Source: Perna viridis (taxonomy: Eukaryota). From it: a DNA stretch of 64,000 nt. The stretch is from contig CM074511.1 in assembly GCA_037379345.1 (NCBI GenBank), forward strand, positions 53,078,862 through 53,142,861, in the 5' to 3' direction. How positions within the stretch are numbered: position 1 is the first letter of the stretch; every line of letters starts with the position of its first letter. The translations under genes were made by a program, and so were the position numbers. Under the pieces are notes generated by a model that worked only from the letters and a program-made list of their open reading frames with translations, was not told the DNA's origin and did no database searches. Shown one piece after another: positions 1-11,999 of this stretch.

Positions 1-1438
1 GCAATTGAAAGTTTCTTTCTATCTATCACTGTTTCCGAGATCTTGGCAGAAAACTGTTTAAAAAAACATCATTTTTACCTTTCACAGGCAATAAATTTAA
101 CAAGGAATGGTCTGACAACTTTGATCCCTGCAAACTTTTGTAGGCCTTATAATAAGGATCATTTTGGCAGTGGAAAGAATTTGGCTAAAACTAACGGTTT
201 TGGAGAAGTATGAGAAAACCTTTGTTCTATTTTTAGTAACAGCAGCCATGTTTTTGATGGATCAAAAATCCCTACATCAGATCTATCCATAACACCCTAA
301 GGAATATTCAGAGTAAGTTTGGATCTAATTGGACTGGTAGCTTCAGAGGAAAAGATTTTTGAATGAAATAACATTTAAAAACGGGATAAAACGTCAAAAA
401 AGGGGCAATAACTCCAACATGGCATGACAGATTAAAATGATAATTTGACCACAGATAGATCTCATCATGCTGAACATTATTATGGTGCCAGAATTTGGCT
501 AAACCTAATTGTTTTGGAGGAATATGTGAAAAACTTTTGTTTGACCCCTATGTTCTATTTTTAGTAACAGCAGCATGTTTTTTGACAGTTCAAAAATTCC
601 CACAACAGTTCTATACAGAATAAACCAAGGAACATACATGTACATACCAATTTGATTCTAAATGGTCAAGTAATGTCATAAAAGAAGATTTTTGGAAGAA
701 AAAAACATATATATAAAGAAAAAAAATGTCAAAAAAAGGGCAATAACTCCAACATGGCTTAACATATTACAATGAAAATGTCAATAGATAGATTTCATCA
801 TACTGAACACTTTTATCTGTTTCAAAATTTGGTTTAACCTAATGGTTTTGGAGATATATGTGAAAAACTTCTGTCTGACCCCTACATTCTTTTTTTAATA
901 ACGGCAGCCAAGTTTTTGTACAGATCAAAAATCCCCATATCAGTTCTATGCAGAATAAACCAAGGAACATTCATACCAAGTTTGGTTCTAATTGGTCCAG
1001 TAAGGTCGGAGGAAAAGATTATTGAGAGAAAACACTTTAAAAATAGCTAAAAAATGTCAAAAAAGGGCAGTAACTCTGACATGGCTTAACAGATTACAAC
1101 AAAAATTTCTCAAAAAGTAGATCTCATCGTACTGAACACTATAAACCGCGTCAGAATTTGGCAAAACCTAACAGTTTTTGAGATATATGCGAAAAAGTTA
1201 TGTCTGACCCCTATGTTCTATTTTTAGTAACAAAGGCCATATTTTTCGACGGATCAAAAATCCCCATTACAGTTCTATGCAGGATACCCCCAAGGAACAT
1301 TCATAACAAGTTTGTTTCTTCTTGGTTAAGTAGTGTCAGAGGAGAAGAGTTTTGAAAAGTTGTTAACAATGACAGACAATGATGACAGACCCCAAGTGAA
1401 GGCAATAGCTCACTTGGCCTCTGGCCAGGTGAGTTGAA
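1..1438 (-). mobile_element. Helentron-associated non-autonomous element (HINE/DINE-like) with ~330-bp tandem core repeats; truncated by window edge
   Basis: About 4 repeats of ~330 bp (GAGGAAAAGATTTT-like anchor at ~345, ~682, ~1010, ~1339), a (GAC/GACA)n microsatellite at ~1370-1390 and terminal palindrome GCTCACTTGGCC-TCT-GGCCAGGTGAG at ~1408-1433. Same family as 32860-33935 and 42385-42980. Confidence 0.8.
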
Positions 1439-2010
1439 AATATGGATTTTCAGTATTATTCAAGTAATTTTTTGTGAATAAACTTTGACGGTCACCATAT
1501 CAAAGTATTGAATTTGAAAGCCTGTAATGGTTTGCACCTTAAGTACATCATTTGCCCTGGGAATTCAGAGTGAAACTTTGATAATTCCTATTTTAACATG
1601 TAAAGTATTGGAAAGTTTAGAAGTGGTTAGTAAGACCTGAAAAAAAATGGTTGATTTTTTTTCTTATATCTATGGTGTAAATGGTTGTGAAAAAAAAAGT
1701 AAATATGTACTTTACATGCTTTATGCAAAGTTCTTAAAATAGTTATTAAGGTCATTTTGTAAACTGGATCACCACCATCAACACATTTTATAAATCAGAA
1801 ATCCATAGACTGCCTTTATATGAATCCTATTTCAACTCAACTGAAAGTTTTAGAATGGAAATCCATTGATAGGTTTACAAAAAAAACTGTGTGAAGACAT
1901 TAATTCTTATAGTCCATCCTGTCCAGGTCTCCTTAAAACAAATTTATTCATTTTTAGAAAATAGTCATTCTTTTCTTCACTGATTCTTCATGAAAAATAA
2001 ATAAATTTAC

Positions 2011-5000
2011 CTTGAATCTGAAACACATCCCATATAGAATCAAAAAAGTTTATCAAATCACAAGTCTTTTTTTCAACATCACTACTGTTTGTACTGGTTT
2101 CTTGTGGCACAAATGTAAATACAACAGCTTCAGACTTCTTTTTTTCCTTCTGTCTTTTCTTTTTTAGTTTTCTCTTTTGGTTTTTAGTAAGTATTGTAAC
2201 AGGTTTATCATCATATTGAAGTTCTATGTCATTTACAGTGCCATCAGATTTTCTCTTTTTTCTCCGTCTTTTCTTTGCAGGCTCTTCTTCACCTGAAACC
2301 GAAGCAGTTGTAATGATTTATGTTAGTTGAAACAACAAAATCTATAAATAGCTTAACTAAATAAGAATTCACAATTTCAAACACAATTTAAGCATATTAT
2401 CATTCATCAAGCATTTTTGCTCTGGAATACACCTCCTTAACATAGACTAGTATGAATAGGTATGTTAAAATTGTGTCTTTGTGTAAGGCTTCTTTCTTTC
2501 TGATAAATGGCATAGGACAAAAAGTGAACATCAATTTTGTGACCCAAACAATGGTACATAAGACCAATGGAAAACAATGATATAGACAATAACAGTGCAC
2601 CAAGCTGTTATAAAATTGATATATGATATAACAAGAATAGGAATAGAGTATGACAAAGAGACAACAAACCCACTGGGATAAAAATGTCAGCCCAAGGCCA
2701 CCCAATGCTCTTAAATAAATGACAAGGCAATCCTCATACCACAGGGCAGGATGGAGAACCAGGATTGGTACAGTATCAGTACATCTTTACAGGAGAAACA
2801 GCATTGGTCCAGTATCAGTACATTTTTTTAATGGAGAACCAGGTTATGGTTGAGTATCAGTACATTTTTTATGAAACAAGGATATGTCCAGTATCAATAC
2901 ATTTTTATGGAGAACTAGATTGGTCTAATGACAAAAAACAACTTCTGGAAACAAGTCTTCACAGCACTTGCCGAATACTAACAAAGTCAAGATTCATTTA
3001 CTTCAAATAATATTCTAAGATGCTCCATATGGAGGAACTCGAAAATTAAAATCGATTAAAAGACCGTCTTTTTCAATAGTATGAAGCAGGAATATTTTAT
3101 ATTAGTGACCTGTTTAATGAAAATGGGAATTTTTTTCAGTACCAAGCATTTTGCAATATGTATGGTATCTACCCTGCCATTACAGTTTACTATGGTTTAA
3201 GAGATTCAATACTTGGAAAATGGGAAATATTAAGAACACTTTCAAAATCAGACATCCCAAAATATCCGTTAATTCCAATTGAAATGGAACAATTTATTGT
3301 ACATCTAAAAGGTGCAAACATGTTTTATCAAAGATTTATAAAAAATTTAAAGTTTCCTAAAAAATAAAGAGAAGTGGGTTGCAAAACTAAATATTCCAGG
3401 AGAAATAAACCAGAAATTGGTGCATAAATGTACTTTAAACACAACAAAGGACACCAAATTAAGGTGGTTCCAATTCAGACTTGTCCACAGAATTTTAGCA
3501 ACAAATAAACTTTTACACAAAACTGGAAAAAGACCAGACCCCATGTGCTCCTACTGTAAGGTCAAGAAGGAAACTACTGTTCATTTATTTTATGAATGTG
3601 ATGTTGTTTCTGATTTTGTACACAGCTTTGAGAGGTGGATATATAACAAAACTTCTGTTTTGCTCAACTTTTCCAACATTGAATGTTTATTTGGAAAAAT
3701 TGGTAATAGTAATAACACTTATATAGAAAACCTTTTAATGCTTACTTTTAAATTTTATATATATAAACAAAGATGTCGAGATGAACATCTTTTTCTACCT
3801 TATCTCAAGGCTGAAATCTATAATTGTTATAAGCAAGAGTGTTACTCATATTTGGCAAAAGGTAATATTACTTCTTTTAACAAAAGATGGCACAAATTCA
3901 AAGACCTAGTCCTGGAATAAAACTTTCTCTTTCCCTCAGTTCTTAAACACTTTTGACGCTCACACTGATTGTCTTTTTTTCTCTCTGAAATGCTCATGCT
4001 TGGACAATCTATATACATATTGTGCTATTAACATTTGCAACTTTTTCCAGAATGAAAGGATGTGTGAGAAACTGTCTTTGTATTAGTATTAATATTTGTA
4101 GAAACTTTCAAAAACAATGAAATTATAAAAAAAAAAATAAAAAAAATATTTTTATGGAGAACCAGGATTGGTCCAGTATCAGTACATTTTTAATGGAGAT
4201 CCAGGATTGGTCCAGCATCAGAACATTCTTTTTTATGGATAACCTTGATGGTCCAGAATCAGTGCATTTTTTATGGAAAACCAGGACTGGTCCAATATCA
4301 GTACATATTTTTTTATGGAGAACCAGGATAGGTCAAGTATAAGTACATTTTTGGTTTTAAACTAGAATTGTTCCAGTATCAATACATTTTCTTATGGAGA
4401 ACCAGGATTGATCCCGTATCAATACATTTTTCATGGAAAACCAGAATTGGTCCAGTATCAGTACATTTTAATGGAGAAGAAGGAATGGTCCAGTATTAGT
4501 GCATTATTTTAAGGAAAACAAGGATTGGTCCAGTATCAGTACATTTTTATTGGAGAACCAGGGTTGGTCCAGTATCAGTGCATTTTTATGGAAAATCAGG
4601 ATAGGTCCAGTATCATTGTATTTTTTAATGGAGAACCACGATTGGTCCAGTGTCAGTACATTATTTATGGAGAAACAGCACTGGTCCAGTATCAGTACAT
4701 TTTTTATGTAAAAAAAAGAATTGGTCCAGTATCAGTACCTTATTAATGGAATAACAAGGGTTGGCCCTATATCAGCGCATTTTTATTGGAGAACCAGGGT
4801 TGGTCCAGTATCAGTGCATTTTTATGGAAAATCAGGATAGGTCCAGTATCAATGCATTTTTTAATGGAGAACCAGGATTGATCCAATATCAGTACATTTT
4901 TATAGAGAACCAGGATTAATCCAGTATCAGTACATTTTTTAATGGAGAATTAGGATTGGCCAAGTATCAGTACATTTTTTATGAAACCAGGATTGTTCAG

Positions 5001-8000
5001 TACATTTTTAATGGAGAAACAGGATGTCCAGTATCAATACAATACTTTTTTGGAGAACCAGGGTTGGTCATATAGCAGCACATCTTTCTATGGAATAAAA
5101 GAACAGTGTTCCAATGTCTCCCTGTGAGAAAAAAAGTGCAGAAAACTTCAAATTCACTGAAGTCCAAAGGCCATACCTTCCATAAAAATCAATCAACCGT
5201 AACCAAAGTCGAACTTAATCTGTAACTTCTCATAGTAAGACTACAAACAAAATGTATAATCAATTGGTGAAAGCATTACAAAAAAAAGTGCTGAAAACTG
5301 TAAATTCACTGAAATTTTCTGTCCAAGGGCCATAACTTCTGTAAAAATCATTCAACTGTAACCAAAGTCAAACTTAATCTGTAACTCTTCATAATAAGGC
5401 CACATATCAAAAACAAACTTATTTGGTAAAAGCATAACAGAAAAAAGTGTGGAAAACGCGGACAGACAGACACCGGTATTTTCATGTCCCTTCGCCATGC
5501 ATTGCGGGGGACAAAAAATAGGACTGGTCCAGCATCAGTACATTTTTTAATGTAGAACCAGGATAGGTCTAGTATCAATATATTTATGAAGGCTTTTAAA
5601 GCACTTTCATAATAAATTGTTCTTTAATTCAGGAAGAGAAATTTCTCAACAAAAAGGGTCAGGATTCAGCTAGATTATTAACCTTACTAACCTCCATGTA
5701 CAATGTATAAAATTGTCTATTTGAACATTTGTTTAGATAGCAATCTAGAAGTCCAGAAGCTATTTGTAAAATATATGTTGAATTTACCATTTTTCCACTG
5801 AATTTGACCCCACATCTTAATTTTATTAGAACTGCATGCAAAATGTTTTATGTACAAACATTAAGGAGGTAGGTACTATAAGTACATTCAAATATGCAAG
5901 TTAATCAGCACTCTTCACGTTGACGTACTCCCAAACAGTTAGAGTGGGGAAACACTCTCGGACCCACGCTGAGTTTGGGAGTAGGCCAGAGCGCCAACAG
6001 AGCAGCCCAGCTGCTAGAAGGACATACTCAGACTGAGTTCTTCGGTCGAGTATCCTTAAGATTGGGCTTCGCTACCTCCAACTACTAACAGACATCTACT
6101 AACACAATCCTGCCTAGGGGTGGCTGTGCGAGATCCGCAAGGATAATCATGACTGTATAAACCACCAATCAGGAAAGTGAATCAGTTAAACCCAAACTTC
6201 TTATCATGATTATAACATATCTTAATTAAGTTTAACGACAGAAAAAGCTAGTCTCTAATCAAAGTGCTGTTAGAGGTTTTTGATCCTAGTGAAAACTGTA
6301 GCATGAAAAAACTTTCAAAGTTTACATGATGTAAAATAAAACTATAATCATACATTTGTGTTTCCCACTTCATTTAAAACTGTTTATTTTTTTTTCCGAA
6401 CTGTAGATACTAAATGTCAATTTTTACTACTGATCACTGAAGTATATACTGTAACCAATAGTTAAACAGTATCCAACTTCACACACATATACAAATTTTG
6501 TTCCTTTTCACCTTTTTCTAATTTTTTAAACCAGTCCAAAAGTTAATTTGCACAAACCATCAAAACTATTTTAAATGAGTATTTATCCTACACAGTAATT
6601 AAAATCAATTTCAGCTTTTAACAACATAAGATCTGGCAAAACTAAAATTTTCCCACCAATTTTACTTGGTTAAAATCACTCCTCTTCACTTCTGGTTTAT
6701 TCATCATAAAATATTAATGACTGGTTTTCAACAAATAAGTGTGTTCAATGGGACATTCTTCACACATTTAATGTTTCTTGACACATCACTGCAAGAACTA
6801 AATTCCCTAAATGCTATTTTACTACTCAACATCTTTCAACGCCAAAAAGGAGTCCCTCAAATCTTCAATTGATTTGAAGACTAGATCTCAATTTCATTTT
6901 GTAGAAATAATAGAACATTATTGAGCTGAACAATTGCCAGGAACATATTTACTGGTTTTAAAACAGACATTGAATGATAATAAAATGAATTACATTTGTC
7001 TATACTTTTGTGTTGATTCAGAAATGGTAAAGAAATGCCAGGCATAAACCAGTGACAGAACTTACTTTGTTAAAAAAAAAAAAACAAAAATAGTGAAATT
7101 CTTTAGATAGTCAGCAAATCTCAAACATGTTCTACTTAATCCTATTTTTATCTAGAAATACACATTCAATATGCATTATCTATTTTCACAATTACAATTC
7201 AGACTTCAGGAACCACTCTTATGTTAGAAAATATTTTTAATTACCAATACATGTAAATTTTTGGCAAAAATAAGACAATAATAGCCTGGACCCCCATTCC
7301 AAAATCTTTGGATCCATGTCTGCTATGCTAATTACCTTCTGATTCTGATGCTTCACTTTCACATTTTAGTTCAGCACAATCTGGAAGAACATAATCAGCT
7401 GGTGGAGGAAGTACACTGTATGTTTTCACTTCAGGTTTCAGAGCTGTTATCTTTTCCTCTACTTCTTCACTCTCTGATGAGTGTTCTGATGGCTCTTCTC
7501 TCCCATACATAATATTCCATACATTCTGCTTAAAAACTTCAATAAGAAACACACATTGTAATCATAATAAGAAATGACATATTTAATTCCAATAAAAAAT
7601 GTTATTCCTTATTCAAGACCTTAGTGAAAGATCCAGATATCTAATTCAGTGAGTACATGTAAACAAGGGAGTACTGTAAAACAAGTCAATAACTGCTTTG
7701 TCGCCTGAATATAGCTGAAATATTGCTGCTCAGGCGTTAAACCCCAACAAACAAACAAGTCCATAACTGAATTGTCGCCTGAATATAGCTGAAATATTGC
7801 TGCTCAGGCGTTAAACCCCAACAAACAAACAAGTCAAAAACTGAATTGTCGCCTGAATATAGCTGAAATATTGCTGCTCAGGCGTTAAACCCCAACAAAC
7901 AATCAAGTCAATAACTGAATTGTCGCCTGAATATAGTTGAAATATTGCTGCTCAGGCGTTAAACCCCAACAAACAAGTCAATAACTGAACTGCAACATTA

Positions 8001-11000
8001 ATGTTCTATAGTGTTTTACTGGTTTTGCTCTACAATATTAATTAAAAACATTCATGTTTCAGATAAAAATAAAATGAACAGTGGCAGTAAGAACAGACGC
8101 ACCACTTGATACAGATCTGAATTTTCACAACAATTAAATATTTGACATAGGATAAGAATTTGACCAGAATCAAAGTGGAAACTTTTTGGCCCTTGAATCT
8201 AATAAGGTTCCAGTTAGGATACCTAAAATTGAATCCTAGCCTTCCTTTGGAGATATGGCACAGTGTGGTACAAATTCACAGAGATCCGGTCATTTTTATA
8301 GTCAAGTTATTGTCCGGTTATGATGAAAATGCTTGTTTTGGAAACTTAATCCTAAGCCATTGAATCCATGCAAGTCTTCCTTTTGTGGTATGGCACCTTG
8401 TGGTATTATTTCATAGAGATCCATTTACCTACAATCAAGTTATTCTCCCAATATTATGAAAATGCTTGTTGTTACTGGCCCCTTTTTGGTGCCCAATTCC
8501 TAAAAAGTGACACTCCCCACAATCCCTGCCTTCCTTTTATGATATGGCACTTTTTGGTACTATTTCATAAAGATCCGCACACTTATACTCAAGTTATTGT
8601 CAGGAAATCAAATTGTCTACAGACTTTGGTTGATGATAACAACACCAATGACAACGACAAGAGCAAGATACCATTCTACAACCACAATGATTTTACGACG
8701 GTATAAACACCAGTTCAATCAGTTTGTTTCAAATAAAAGCTGAGTTAACATAAAAACTTCTATAACCTCTTGTCTGTTACTTGGGAGAAATTCTCAAGAC
8801 TGAATTTTTTTTTTCAAAATAGGGTGAGCGATGCAAATGAAAAATTTCACCTCACATGTGTAACAACACAGCTATTACATACAACAGAGGTAATCACTAA
8901 ATTGTATATTTACCCCTTATATCATATTCTCTGTTATGATTACTTGATTTATTGAGGTTAATGTTCAATGGCAGATATTTTATATATTTGAGAGAACAAG
9001 AACATTTGACCAATCAAGCTGACCCTGCTTTATACTAGACCAAAACTTTCAGCAAGGTCTTTAACATGCTAGCATACAAATACAACACACAGCAGTAAGG
9101 AATATCACCACATTCAAACCAATGATTTAAACTTCAGAATAACCATCATCACCCTAACTCACAAATGCTGTATACCAATGGGATAAATAGTGACTTCTAC
9201 TTTAAAAGTCTTAGTATGACTTGCTTTGGAATTGACCCCCACCACCTCTGACACTTAAGTTTAACACCCTGTCGCAAAACAACCAAGGCTAACCACATTT
9301 TTTTTTAATTTTGACATGCAACAAGTAGTAAAATGTAGTACCTAAATATCTTAAGATAGGGATATTTTCTCACTGAATTTTCTCTAAATGGTATAAGAAG
9401 TCTTGGGTGGACATTGTTTTTCTTTAATAATGCAGTTTAATTCATGTAAAATTCTAATGAACATAATGGAGCCAGAAACAAGACCAGTTTTATCTGTTAA
9501 GCTGTATTATTTAATCAAGCTATTTGAGCTTTACTTTAGAGGACTCGGTTGACTGTTATTTGTTTGCCTATGTATGTAGTTTTATCACCATTACATACAT
9601 TGTACAATTGTATTTGGAATTGACTTAAATTTAAGTTGTAAGATGGCAACCATATGAGGATAGAATCTCCTATTTTCAGTGGTTTTCTCTTGTCCTCCTG
9701 CTGAAATCTCAAAAATCAATCAAAATTTTTCTATAAGGGTATGGCATTGTGTGGTACAATTTCAAAAAGATCCATTTTCTTATACACAAGTTATCAGATA
9801 TCAGGGTTCGACGTTAACTTTTATATTCACTTGTCCAGTCGGGCAAGTGACATATGTGATTCACTTGCCCGAAATATTGAAATACTTGCCCAGAACTTTG
9901 TGTCACTATATAGTGCTTGGCCATGCTTACTCCCTCGACACTTGGGGAGAACTGATTAATTGCAAGCCAAATAAATCGAAAAGCCGTCATATTTTTTGCG
10001 GGAATAAGGGGTAAAACAAGAAGCAAAGAAATTACAAGTATTCATATGAGGAGTTTTTATTTCACATCTTTAGTTTAACAAATGGACAACAATAACTATC
10101 TTCAATAGAATTTTATTTCTCTTTTTCTCTCACATTTTCGAAGTTTTTGATACAGATTTCTTACAGTTTTCCAAAGTAAGAAATTCCATAAATAAATCGC
10201 GATGTTCAATTGGATAACGAAAATAGATGTACAATTGGACGCATTCGATTGGTCGACATTAATATCATACGATCTATTTTTGGCAAAGGGAAAATCAGAA
10301 AACTATCCAATGATAATCTAGGTCAGCAAGGTCGGGAAGAACAGCGAACTATACAGAAGTAATTTTCGATGTTTTAGAGCTGCGATGATCAGAAATAATG
10401 TAATTTGGGCACATATTTTTTTCACTTGCCAAGTCGGGCAACTTTGATGTCGTTTTTACTTGCCCAGACCGGCGATTTACTTGCCCCGGGCAATCGGGCA
10501 ACAGTTAATGTCGAACCCTGGATATACATCATGGAAATACTTGTTGTTGGCATCTTTTTTGTAACAAATTCCTAACTGGGTTCAAATCACAATGTCCAAA
10601 ACCAATCCAAGCTTTCCTTTGGTGTATGGAACATATACCTACATGTAGTGTTACAATTTCAAAGTTCCCTTAGCTCAGTCAACTTATTGTCCAGGTTTCA
10701 GGAAAATGCTTGTTTCTGATCCTATTTTTGGCCCCTAACTCCTAAATGAACCAGGTATAATTCCTAAAATCAATCCCAGTATGACCTTAATGGTATAGAA
10801 TATTGTGGAACTACATGTTCATGTATATCATAAACATATATGCTTTCACTGGATTTACATGTATATAGTTTTATGAAATGCTTGTTTTGGCCCCTTCAAG
10901 GCCTCTTATTCCAAAAGGGTTCGGGCCATAACCCCAAAATTCAACACAAACTTGGATACTTAAAGTGAACATTAACAAGTACATACATTGTATAATACTA

Positions 11001-11887
11001 CTGCATGAGAACCAAATATCTATGGAAGGCAACATGGGCAACAAGGAAAACTGATGACAGTCCTATAACATAATATAACCACAATATGTTTGTGGTTGTT
11101 TAGATTGTACTCAAGTCTCAATAAAACATCTTGTGAGTACTGAATGTACATGAAATAGATGCACGTAAACGTACCTAGTACTATAACATAACACCTTGCA
11201 TTCTATGTTTATCTTTCATGTTTTCATTGGATATTTTCATTTTTTCGTTTATAGCCAAAATACATTTCGATTATAAACAAAAAATGCATTTTGAATATAA
11301 ACAAAAACTGAAAATATCCAACGTAAACTTGAAAGATAAACAAAAACATGTGTGTTTTATGTTATAGAACTAGTATACTATCAATATCAGGGGCGGATCC
11401 CGGATTTGAGTTTAGATGGTGCGTATATTGAATTAAATGCCGTGCAAAGCAAGACAGAAAATATTAAGGGGTGAAACTTAAGGTGAATATTTTTTTCTTA
11501 CTGATTTAGAGGGGCGTATGCCCGGTACGCCAGTCCTTGGATCCGCGCCTGAATATTGGTGAGTAAAAGTTCTTATCAGCTCCTTCAAGTCAACCCATTT
11601 CAAACAGTTCGGAATTGATGTTTGAATTGAATTCAAACCTAAATAAAAAAACTAAAGATGACTTGTGATCGAATATTTAATTAATATTTCTAAACAAAGA
11701 CAAAGGCACAGACATGACAGAGACAACGTTTTAATATTTCTCTTCCAAAGTTATTTCAGTAATTAAGACGATTTCATTCCACATCAATGTTTTCAACGCA
11801 CTTACACTGAGAGTTTAATATTTACCAAAGTAGAGCAAGTGCATGTTAATTTCTAGCTTTATCATTTATACCTGAATCTTTTTCCAT
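2011..11887 (-). CDS. ERICH1: Glutamate-rich protein 1-like; 5' part. Exons 11887-11872, 7536-7336, 2292-2011; 3' exons lie left of the window
   Basis: Spliced frame MEKDS-V-FKQNVWNIMY...KTYSVLPPPADYV...EEEPAKKRRRKKRK...LTKNQKRKLKKKRQKEKKKSEAVVFTFVP...DLINFFDSIWDVF; all GT-AG with phase-1 junctions. Motif order matches ERICH1 as I recall it (VF.EKVL, LYT..PPEGY, SKNKKRKLKKK, VSFMY.P). Confidence 0.75.
2625..2745 (-). mobile_element. SINE 3' fragment (mussel Nin/Deu-SINE-like)
   Basis: GACAAAGAGACAACAAACCCAC...CAGCCCAAGGCCACCCAATG resembles the 3' body of a common mussel SINE (recall only). Confidence 0.45.
2926..4146 (+). mobile_element. 5'-truncated L1/Tx1-type LINE: degenerate ORF2 C-terminus (zf-RVT), 3'UTR and poly(A) tail
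   Basis: ORF 3417-3920 contains KLRWFQFRLVHRILATN...CSYC...ETTVHLFYEC (CCHC zinc knuckle of L1/Tx1 ORF2). Upstream frame GIFYISDLF is broken by stops. A-rich tail at 4124-4146. Confidence 0.85.
5100..5517 (+). mobile_element. HINE-like element (two ~145-bp cores, GACA microsatellite, terminal hairpin) inserted in the minisatellite
   Basis: Repeated AAGGGCCATA.CTTC...AAAAATCA...ACCAAAGTC.AACTTAATCTGTAAC; GGACAGACAGACA at ~5460; CCCTTCGC...GCGGGGG hairpin followed by an A-run. Confidence 0.7.
5865..6144. other. GC-rich, extensively self-complementary island; candidate structured RNA of unknown family
   Basis: Nested inverted repeats: GGAGGTAG 5865-72/CTACCTCC 6072-79; TACTCCCAAAC 5926-36/GTTTGGGAGTA 5973-83; AGAGTG 5941-46/CACTCT 5953-58; AGCCCA 6004-09/TGGGCT 6063-68; ATACTC 6024-29/GAGTAT 6048-53; ATCCT 6107-11/AGGAT 6140-44. 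Confidence 0.5.
7681..7989 (+). repeat. 4 x ~74-bp tandem of a SINE/LINE-type 3' tail separated by a 15-bp repeated flank
   Basis: Unit TTGTCGCCTGAATATAGCTGAAATATTGCTGCTCAGGCGTTAAACCCCAACAAACAA; ACAAGTCAATAACTG-like flank occurs 5 times (AACTG at 7691, 7765, 7839, 7913, 7983). Confidence 0.9.
8130..8706 (+). mobile_element. HINE-like element with degenerate tandem cores, (GACAAC)n microsatellite and terminal hairpin
   Basis: Recurrent ATGGCAC...GTGGTACAA.TTCA...GATCC...CAAGTTATTGTC...GAAAATGCTTGTTTTGG cores; related copy at ~9680-11100. Confidence 0.6.
8940..9292 (-). mobile_element. Degenerate tRNA-derived SINE (Meta-SINE-like)
   Basis: tRNA-like head remnant at ~9215-9290 (TTAAAAGTCTTAGTATGACTTGC..GGAATTGACCCCC..ACCTCTGACAC), central CTAGACCAA.AC body, and tail with TGATT repeats at ~8940. 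Confidence 0.5.
9680..11100 (+). mobile_element. Second degenerate HINE-like tandem-core element, interrupted by a hAT-like MITE
   Basis: Same core motifs as 8130-8706 on both sides of 9802-10520; terminal hairpin ACCACAATATGTTTGTGGT at ~11078-11097. Confidence 0.55.
9802..10520. mobile_element. Non-autonomous hAT-like DNA transposon, 17-bp TIR, 5-bp TSD GATAT
   Basis: CAGGGTTCGACGTTAAC ... GTTAATGTCGAACCCTG; subterminal CACTTGCCC/CGGGCAA repeats; GATAT on both flanks. Confidence 0.9.
11176..11375. mobile_element. Foldback (hairpin) MITE, ~200 bp
   Basis: TAGTACTATAACATA...GTTTATCTTTCA..TTGGATATTTTCA mirrored by TGAAAATATCCAA..TGAAAGATAAAC...TATGTTATAGAACTA. Confidence 0.75.
11388..11551 (+). 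mobile_element. MITE (CAGG(G/C)GCGGATCC TIR), 5-bp TSD AATAT
   Basis: CAGGGGCGGATCC...GGATCCGCGCCTG flanked by AATAT on both sides; inverted sibling at 14689-14877. Confidence 0.85.
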
Positions 11888-11999
11888 TTTTGTGTAGGAT
11901 TTTTTTTTTTTTTTGTCACTGTGACAAAGAAAACTCATAGTAGGTTCCGGGAATAATCCGCGGGAACAATTAAAAGATAAAATGAGTCTAACAGCCCCG

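Larger units (their letters stand above)
2751..5590. repeat. ~38-40-bp minisatellite (ATGGAGAACCAGGATTGGTCCAGTATCAGTACATTTTT)n split into 2751-2925, 4152-5095 and 5515-5590 by two insertions
   Basis: More than 25 directly visible units; the ORFs at 2765, 4154, 4499 and 4525 are repeat read-throughs. Confidence 0.95.

Noticed and set aside
4154-4746. Repetitive ORFs (also 19950-20192, 41872-42087, 48137-48448)
   Set aside because: Translations of minisatellite units.
5865-6144. Assignment of the structured island to RNase P/MRP, 7SK, telomerase RNA, tRNA or hammerhead ribozyme
   Set aside because: Missing the CR-I partner of CAGACU, the GAUC-GAUC motif, a CUAACCCU template, T/D loops and the CUGANGA/GAAA core, respectively.
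7681-7989. CRISPR-like repeat array
   Set aside because: The intervening sequences are the same each time rather than unique spacers; eukaryotic context, no cas genes.
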